Shown: piece after piece, positions 57,612-64,000 of the stretch
How positions within the stretch are numbered: the stretch's first letter is position 1
Layout: each line of letters opens with the position of its first letter
From: Kiritimatiellia bacterium
GTDB taxonomy: Bacteria; Verrucomicrobiota; Kiritimatiellia; RFP12; UBA1067
Direction of reading: 5' to 3'
DNA: 64,000 bases
NCBI GenBank assembly: GCA_050949565.1
Contig: JBMNFY010000017.1
Span: 960,001 to 1,024,000, forward strand
Notes under the pieces: generated by a model
The model's input: only the letters and a program-made list of their open reading frames with translations
Told to the model about the DNA's origin: nothing
Databases searched by the model: none
Position numbers and translations under genes: made by a program

Positions 57612-58705
57612 TTCGCACTCCTCTTTTTCCGTCGGATGACAATGCGGTCGTACAGACGTCGGTAGGTGCCGTCCCCCTTCGGAAGGTAGAACCGTATGCC
57701 CCCGGCGACGTACGTTCCCTTGGGCGCTATTTCGGACATCGGGCGCCCGAGGAACCGGCTGCTCCCGATAATTTCAAACTGATCGGGGTTGTACTTGTCC
57801 AGAAACGTGATGGGCACGCCCATCTCGCCGTCATAGTCACAAGGGATTTCTGAAACCTTCGAAACTTCGATAGCATCGTAGTTGGCGTATCGCGGATACT
57901 CCTCCGGCGTGTAGTTGCGGTAAAGGGTCAGAAACTCGTGGCGCTTCGAAACGTCAAGATTGGTAAACCAGCTTACATTTCTGAATTTAACCAAGCCTGT
58001 TGTTTGGTCAAAAACACCTGCCGCCCATTCCCGATCATAAGCATCAGGAACACGGAAAAAGGCATTACCATTGGGAAACCCATGCCCCATCCACAACTTA
58101 TCCTCTTTGATCAAACTGAAAATGTCCAAATAAGTAATAGCATTCTTGCTTCCGATAATAAGGAACTTCTTATCGAGCGCCATCAACTGCGCCATGAATT
58201 CGCGGAACAGCGAGAAGGGCGGATTGGTGACGACGATATCGGTCTGCCTCATCAACTCAACACATTCCGGTGAGCGGAAATCGCCATCGCCCTTGAGGAC
58301 CGTCAGCACATTTTTCTTGTTCCGTAGCAGGTACGCGACATCGACGAGGTCGGCCGTGCCGTCGGCATTCGTGTCAACGACCTCCGTGATTTCAATTTTA
58401 TAGGGGTTTCTGGCCTCGGCGTCGGATTCTGCCACGCCGTACACATCGTAGAGGGGCAATTCCGTCTGCATCACGGACGAACCTGCATAGCAGGTGGCGA
58501 CCAGCTTGCGGAGTTTGAGAAAATTGAAGTTGAGCGCAAAGTACTTGAAAAAATGGCTCTCGTACGGGTCGTCGCAGTTGCACAGGACAGACTTGCCCTC
58601 GAACTGGTCTCGATAATGGCGCACCTCCGCCTCGATGTCGGGCATTTGCGTATAGAACTCATCCGCCTTGTTCTTCTTTGCCTGTGTTAGAGTTGATGTC
58701 GCCAT
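57608..58705 (-). CDS. Adenine-specific DNA methyltransferase, EcoRI family
   Basis: AKKNKADEFYT, CNCDDP, GDGDFRS, VVTNPPFSLFRE, MGVPITF. Confidence 0.92.
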   Translation of the reverse strand: MATSTLTQAKKNKADEFYTQMPDIEAEVRHYRDQFEGKSVLCNCDDPYESHFFKYFALNFNFLKLRKLVATCYAGSSVMQTELPLYDVYGVAESDAEARNPYKIEITEVVDTNADGTADLVDVAYLLRNKKNVLTVLKGDGDFRSPECVELMRQTDIVVTNPPFSLFREFMAQLMALDKKFLIIGSKNAITYLDIFSLIKEDKLWMGHGFPNGNAFFRVPDAYDREWAAGVFDQTTGLVKFRNVSWFTNLDVSKRHEFLTLYRNYTPEEYPRYANYDAIEVSKVSEIPCDYDGEMGVPITFLDKYNPDQFEIIGSSRFLGRPMSEIAPKGTYVAGGIRFYLPKGDGTYRRLYDRIVIRRKKRSAK

Positions 58706-58817
58706 TCGTTTCCCCGTTTTGCGCCCGCGCGGTGCGCACAATCCGCCCCGAAGCACACGTTGCCGCATAGGGTAACACGCCATAGCGAGCTAGGCAAGCG
58801 TCGTCCGCGCGGTGTCC

Positions 58818-59074
58818 GTAATCGGTTAGTGACAGGGGGCACGCGAGTTTAGTGCGTGGTTTGTGTATCCGCAGTCGGGAGCGCGGGCGTCCCTGCCCGC
58901 TCTGTGAAAGGCCGATTGAGACTCCGACGCGCGGCTTGGTTTCAAAATGAAATACGCGCATCAACCTTTTGCAAGGCACGTTGTCGCAGGCAAGAATGCC
59001 CGCGTCACCTTCTCACGACCTCCTTTTCACCAGAAACGCATGATCCTCGCGCCCCCCCGTCACTAACCGATTAC
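58818..59074. mobile_element. 257-bp core MITE with 9-bp TSD
   Basis: TIRs GTAATCGGTTAGTGACAGGGGG / CCCCCCGTCACTAACCGATTAC; flanks GCGGTGTCC / GCGATGTCC. Confidence 0.85.
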
Positions 59075-59278
59075 GCGATGTCCGCGCGGCGCGATTTAGG
59101 AGTTAGCCCGCCGCGCGGTTTCGCCGCGAAAAAACCATGGAGTAACTGCGACAAAATGCCCAAGTTATGGGCAAGGGAAGGAGCACGGACATTCCTGTCC
59201 GTGCCACGGGTTGGAAAACCCGTGTCCCTGTTTTAATGCCAGGTTATAGGCGAGAAGTTGAACGTTGAGCGTTCAGGC

Positions 59279-59327
59279 GTGGCATGGGCATCTTGCCCGC
59301 GTTTCATGGGCGGGACGCCCATGCCAC
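59279..59327. repeat. REP doublet (GTGG family)
   Basis: Same family as 124-174 and 39808-39856. Confidence 0.8.
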
Positions 59328-59366
59328 CTCTCTTCAACTATTCGTTATTAGTTGTTCGTTATTCAC

Positions 59367-61352
59367 TCACTTCACCTGTCCTGCCAGCCAGCCGACCATG
59401 AAGTCGGGGAAGAGCAGCAGCAGGATGAAGACGATCAGGTAGGCGGGCAGAAAGCGCATCGCGCCGCGAAAGACCTGCGCGGCGTTGGCGTCCGGCGACA
59501 TCCCCGCGACAACGAAGCAGGAGACGCCGACCGGCGGCGTGATCGCGCCAAGCGTAGTGACCAGACAGACCACCTGCCCGAACCAGATCAGATCATAGCC
59601 CATGCGCGTTACCAGCGGCTGGAAGAGCGGCAGTGAAATCAGCAGAAACGCCAGCGCGTCCATGATGCAACCGCCGACCAGATAGCAGCCCATCATAAAG
59701 AGCAGGATCAACGTCGGCGCCAGACTCATCTGCGCGACCCAGTCGGTCAACTCGAAGGGCAGGCGCGTCAGCACCAGAAAGCGTCCGAATACCGTGGCAC
59801 CCGCCAAGATCAGAAAGACCATCGCGGTAATGCGCAGGGTCGCCACGACGGCGTTGATGAACTGCCGAAGCGAGAGTCGTCCGCGTACCAGACAGCCAAC
59901 GATTCCAAGCAGCGCGCCAAGTCCGGCCGCTTCGGTGGGCGTCACCAGGCCCGAAAACATCGAGACCATGATCACGGCGAAGAGCACTGCGACTTCAATC
60001 ACCTGCGGCAGCAGCGCAAAGCGCCGGGTGTGCGAACCCCGCGTACCGGTCCGCGCCCAGTCGGGATGCTGCCACAGGATGACCTTCACCGTCAGCACGA
60101 ACAGGATCGTCAGCAGCACGCCGGGCAGGATGCTACCCGCAAAGAGTTTGCCGATACTCTGCCCAGTGTATAAACCGTACACCACCAGCACGATGCTCGG
60201 CGGAATCACCGACCCCAGCGTGGAACCGGCAGCGATGCTGCCGCACTTGAGTTCGGGGTGATAGTTGTTGCGGCTCATGGGCTTGAGCGCGACCGAACTC
60301 ATGGTGGCGGCCGTCGCAGTGTTCGAGCCGCAGATCGCCGAAAATCCCGCGCAAGCCAGAATCGTGGTCACGGCAAGTCCGCCGCGCGTGTGCCCGAACC
60401 ACGCTTGCGCGGCGCGGAACAGGCGGTCGCTGTAGCCTGCGTGATAGATCACCTCGCCCAACAGCACAAAGAGCGGGATCACCGTAAAGCCGTAGTTCGA
60501 AAAGACCGACCAGACCTCCGCGCCGACCGTGCCGTTCAGCAGCGCGGTTGCATTCGCGGGCGGATTGAGCGCCAGCAGTCCGACGAAGCCCGCGAGCAGC
60601 ATCGCCAGACCCGGCGACATGCCGGTGAACAGGATGAGGGTCAGCATGATGCCGATCCCGAGATACCCGATCATGGCAGGAGTGACGGCGACGAGACTGA
60701 AATGGATGACGGCCCAGATCGCCGCGCCCGCCACGACCAGCAACCCCGGCCCGAGCACCAGCCACTTCCGCTTCGAGATTTCGGTCGCCGGCTCTTTGGC
60801 CCGTCCCGTTTCGGTTTCGTCACAGATCGGGTTGGCCGTCTGCGCGCGCTGCTTTTCGTATTCGTCCTTTTCGTGATGGCCGAACGCGAGCACGGCGAAG
60901 TCAGTCAGGAATGATGCCACCAGCAGGAAGAGTCCGCCCGCCACGCCGATCATCAGCCACGGATAGGGCAGCTTCAGGGTCTCGGAGACCTCGCCCGCCC
61001 GCAGCAGCACGCAGGCGCGGTTGACCAGTTGCCCGCCCACGACAGCCATCAGCACAGCCCCCGCAAACACATTGAAGGTGCCGACCCAGCGCCGGGCGCT
61101 GGGCGTGTACACACGCGTGAACAGGTCCAGTTCGACATGCCCGCGCTTGCGTTGCGTATCGGCGAGCGCGAGCGCCACGAGCAGCGCGCCGAAGAACCCG
61201 GACAGCTCATAGCTCGCGCTGATGGGGTGTCCGGCCAGACGGCAGGCCACGTTCGCGCCAGAGAGCAGGGCTAGGGTGACCAAGAGGACACCCGCTACTG
61301 TCATCCCCGCGGCGCAGATCTTTTTTTCGATATTGATCAGTATTGGTAGCAT
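59367..61352 (-). CDS. TRAP transporter fused small+large permease (DctQ-DctM)
   Basis: N-terminal GHVELD DctQ part; IPLFVL, GSNTATA, LG..IPPS, TPTEA, TPPVG. Confidence 0.9.
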   Translation of the reverse strand: MLPILINIEKKICAAGMTVAGVLLVTLALLSGANVACRLAGHPISASYELSGFFGALLVALALADTQRKRGHVELDLFTRVYTPSARRWVGTFNVFAGAVLMAVVGGQLVNRACVLLRAGEVSETLKLPYPWLMIGVAGGLFLLVASFLTDFAVLAFGHHEKDEYEKQRAQTANPICDETETGRAKEPATEISKRKWLVLGPGLLVVAGAAIWAVIHFSLVAVTPAMIGYLGIGIMLTLILFTGMSPGLAMLLAGFVGLLALNPPANATALLNGTVGAEVWSVFSNYGFTVIPLFVLLGEVIYHAGYSDRLFRAAQAWFGHTRGGLAVTTILACAGFSAICGSNTATAATMSSVALKPMSRNNYHPELKCGSIAAGSTLGSVIPPSIVLVVYGLYTGQSIGKLFAGSILPGVLLTILFVLTVKVILWQHPDWARTGTRGSHTRRFALLPQVIEVAVLFAVIMVSMFSGLVTPTEAAGLGALLGIVGCLVRGRLSLRQFINAVVATLRITAMVFLILAGATVFGRFLVLTRLPFELTDWVAQMSLAPTLILLFMMGCYLVGGCIMDALAFLLISLPLFQPLVTRMGYDLIWFGQVVCLVTTLGAITPPVGVSCFVVAGMSPDANAAQVFRGAMRFLPAYLIVFILLLLFPDFMVGWLAGQVK

Positions 61353-61367
61353 AGGAGGATTTCCAGA

Positions 61368-62378
61368 CTAAGGCAATTGACCACGGATATATTCAAGGAT
61401 CGCCTCGGCATCGATGCCCTTGGCGCCGATGCGGGACACGTAATCGGCAAACATCGGCTGCGCGGTGGCGCGCAATGCAGCACGGTCCGCCTCCGTAGGC
61501 TCATGGATCACGAGCGCATGCTGCTCACGCGACCAGTCCAGCGCAGCTTGCACATGCTGATCCACATAGGCCCCCGTCCACTCGGCGTGTTCATGGTAGA
61601 GACCGTCGAGCACCTGTTTGATTGCCTCGGGCAGGGCCTCGTATTTTGCCTTGTTCATGACCACTGCGAAACTGATGACGCAGAGATCGGCTTTATAGAC
61701 AAACGGGCAGTAGGCCGCGTAGTTCATATCCTTCAGCACCTCGCCGGAGGAGACATTGCCTTTCACGACGCCCTTCTGCAGGGCGTCCGGCACATCCGAC
61801 TGCGGCATCGCGACCGGCGCGGCACCCAGGCGTTTCATCACCTCGGCACCGGTGCCGGAGGAGCGCAGCGGCAGATTCTTGAGGTCCTCCAGCGTCTTAA
61901 TCTCCTTGGAACTCATCACCATCGCAGGCGGACAGGTGAAGACGGCCAACACTTTTACTTGCTTGAATTCATCAGGCTTGAAACGCTCGATCAAGCCGGC
62001 CAAGATGCGACTGGCGTTTTTGGCGTCAGGGAAGAAGTGCGGCAAGTCCATGGCCTCAGAGACCGGGAAGCGCCCCGGCTGGTAGCTCATTGCAAAATTG
62101 CCGATGTCGGCTGTACCCGCGATCACGCCGTCAAAAATATCCTTTGCGCCGAGCAGCGTGCCACCAGGGAACGTGTTAATTTTGAGCGCGCCGCCGGTGC
62201 GCGTTTCAACCTCTTGCTTCCAGCGTTCCATCTGTACGCAGGGGAAAGTCGCGGACGGGGGGAAGTTCGCGTAATTGAGCGTGATCGTTCCGTCTGTAGG
62301 CGTTCCGGACGGTTGCCGACCGCAACCGACGATCCCGATTCCAGACCCGATTAACAACACAGGTATGAGCTTTTTCAT
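61368..62378 (-). CDS. dctP: TRAP transporter substrate-binding lipoprotein
   Basis: FPGGTLL, G.ADI, PGRFP, LGAAPVAMP..DV..ALQKGVV. Confidence 0.9.
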   Translation of the reverse strand: MKKLIPVLLIGSGIGIVGCGRQPSGTPTDGTITLNYANFPPSATFPCVQMERWKQEVETRTGGALKINTFPGGTLLGAKDIFDGVIAGTADIGNFAMSYQPGRFPVSEAMDLPHFFPDAKNASRILAGLIERFKPDEFKQVKVLAVFTCPPAMVMSSKEIKTLEDLKNLPLRSSGTGAEVMKRLGAAPVAMPQSDVPDALQKGVVKGNVSSGEVLKDMNYAAYCPFVYKADLCVISFAVVMNKAKYEALPEAIKQVLDGLYHEHAEWTGAYVDQHVQAALDWSREQHALVIHEPTEADRAALRATAQPMFADYVSRIGAKGIDAEAILEYIRGQLP

Positions 62379-62561
62379 CGTTAGACCTTTTAGGTTGTTT
62401 CTTTAAATAGAAACGGATCATACTCTTTCGCCCCTGTCGTTGCAACCGGTTTTTTAAAATTTTTTAGCTCACGGATTTTTTGGTTGACTCGCGACTTGCG
62501 GCCAGCCTAATCCCTCAAAAAACCTCTGCGTGAAAAAAGTGCAACACTATTTGTGGCCGGG

Positions 62562-64000
62562 TTAGTGGTCATCTATTATCCACGCGATAGCGCGCTCTAT
62601 CTCCGGATTTATGGAACGCCCGAGCGGTCGCCCGCTGGCTGTTTTGACATTTCGCACCTGAACGCTTTGGGTTAACGCGTAAGGGAAGGGACGCGCCGTT
62701 TTGGCAGAACCGATCGGATCGCCGAAGACAAAGACGCCCTGATAATCTTTGCTGTGCTTGCTGTCATCAATGGTCAACCCGTCGATCTTGATCGTGCACG
62801 GCATGAAACAGGGATAACCGAAATCGTGCATCCCGTCGTTACTCATGCCGAAAAGAACCGGACGCGCCGGAACGTTCCCGGCACCCGGAACCCAGCGACA
62901 ATTCCGAACCACGACATCGCCATCCCACGTCGATCCGTAGTCCGACCGGAATGAAATCAGACTGCCGCCGTGAAGGGTCGAGTCCTCCACCAGCAGCGTC
63001 CCGCGCCCGATCGCATTGAGCCCCGCGTACCCCAGGGTGCTCTTCCGAATCGTGTATGTACCGCCCACGCCTTGGTGGACATCCATCCTTGAAAGCGAGC
63101 ACGCTTCAAGCAGGATATTTTTCATAAAGTTGCTGCCGACCACGCCCCAACGGCTGCGGTCGTTGATGGCCTCCATGCGACACCCGATCATTTTGAAATT
63201 GACCACATGCGAGGCGCTGTAGCCGTAAGACCCCATCGAAACCGGCTTTCCAACCGCGCCGATCGTCCTGTACGTCTTGCGCGGATCGATCATGCAGTCG
63301 CGCAACGTGATGTCAGCGGCCTCACTGATGCTCAGGAAACCGCCGTACGGATGCCCGAACTCTCCTTCACCAACCACGCGATGCACAAGCCCCCGCACCT
63401 CAGTGTTCGAGCGTGTGATGCGGATGTTCCGCCCCCAGTAGTTGTAGCCCTTCTCTTGGCGCATGCTGTTGCCGGTGTGTGTGAAGATCCCACCGCGCAA
63501 GATCAGCGGTTGCGGATCGATCGGCCGCGCCGTCACGCGGGTAATCGTCTCATAGTCCCACATGATGTCGCCTTCGATGGTGCCATCCTGGCGCAAAATA
63601 AAGGACTCCTGCTGGGCGGTGCCGTTGTTCTGGTTCAAGCCGCGGCGGATGAAGATTTTTTTGTTGTTGTTCTGCACCGTCACGAGGCAATCCGTCGGCG
63701 GCTTGGCATCCAATTGACGCTGATCCCGCGACAGCTTGTCGATCTTGAGCGGCACCGGCTTCAAGAGCGACCGCACCTCAAACAGCGTCTTGCGGTGGTT
63801 TTCAACATCCAGGCTGTCATCGATGATGAAGCGCGAGGTGCCCCAATCGGTGTCGGTCGCGATGATGGCGGTCAAAGCGCGGCGTCCCAGATGATAGGTA
63901 GCACCGGCCTTGGTCTTCACGCGCTTGCCCTGTGCATTCGCCGCTTCGTGCGCCTTGCAGATCGCGGGGAGATCATCCGCCACGCCATCCCCCACTGCGC
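62562..64000 (-). CDS. Pectin-lyase-like beta-helix protein (5' end outside window)
   Basis: GAVGDGVADD motif at window edge; LSRMDVHQG. Confidence 0.7.
   Translation of the reverse strand, partial: AVGDGVADDLPAICKAHEAANAQGKRVKTKAGATYHLGRRALTAIIATDTDWGTSRFIIDDSLDVENHRKTLFEVRSLLKPVPLKIDKLSRDQRQLDAKPPTDCLVTVQNNNKKIFIRRGLNQNNGTAQQESFILRQDGTIEGDIMWDYETITRVTARPIDPQPLILRGGIFTHTGNSMRQEKGYNYWGRNIRITRSNTEVRGLVHRVVGEGEFGHPYGGFLSISEAADITLRDCMIDPRKTYRTIGAVGKPVSMGSYGYSASHVVNFKMIGCRMEAINDRSRWGVVGSNFMKNILLEACSLSRMDVHQGVGGTYTIRKSTLGYAGLNAIGRGTLLVEDSTLHGGSLISFRSDYGSTWDGDVVVRNCRWVPGAGNVPARPVLFGMSNDGMHDFGYPCFMPCTIKIDGLTIDDSKHSKDYQGVFVFGDPIGSAKTARPFPYALTQSVQVRNVKTASGRPLGRSINPEIERAIAWIIDDH

Noticed and set aside
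1-64000. tRNA, rRNA, retron/DGR reverse transcriptase, cas1/cas10
   Set aside because: No recognisable signatures found by eye; a covariance or HMM search could still reveal small RNAs

Overview
GC-rich bacterial chromosomal segment. Gene content (HzsA-like heme beta-propeller protein, PKD/prenyltransferase-like surface protein, heparinase, GH42-like and beta-helix enzymes, DUF3857-transglutaminase) suggests a PVC-superphylum anaerobe such as Kiritimatiellota; this is inference. Core genes: uvrC, xerD, HU, mraY-like, hemB, lpxL-like, pncC/cinA, mreBCD-mrdA-rodA-rng, peptide ABC permeases and a TRAP transporter. Main points of interest: (1) A 4-kb minus-strand island between cinA and mreB encoding a RAYT-type HUH transposase fused to a DprA/SLOG-like domain, then two CARF-HEPN proteins, then an AT-rich leader and one solitary CRISPR-like repeat locked in a 25-bp hairpin. 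It has no cas1/cas6/cas10, and one REP family punctuates its gene junctions and also sits in frame inside the transposase. (2) A dense set of nested MITEs, REP palindromes and 6-9-nt tandem modules that has repeatedly inserted into gene termini while leaving reading frames open; three pre-insertion alleles can be reconstructed. (3) A 7 x ~181-bp mosaic tandem array. (4) A DnaA-box-like/IHF cluster. (5) An unannotated, probably leaderless 43-aa membrane peptide next to an EcoRI-family MTase + DUF262-HNH pair. Several accessory genes carry indels, which could be decay or long-read consensus errors. All family assignments come from reading motifs by eye; no database searches were run.
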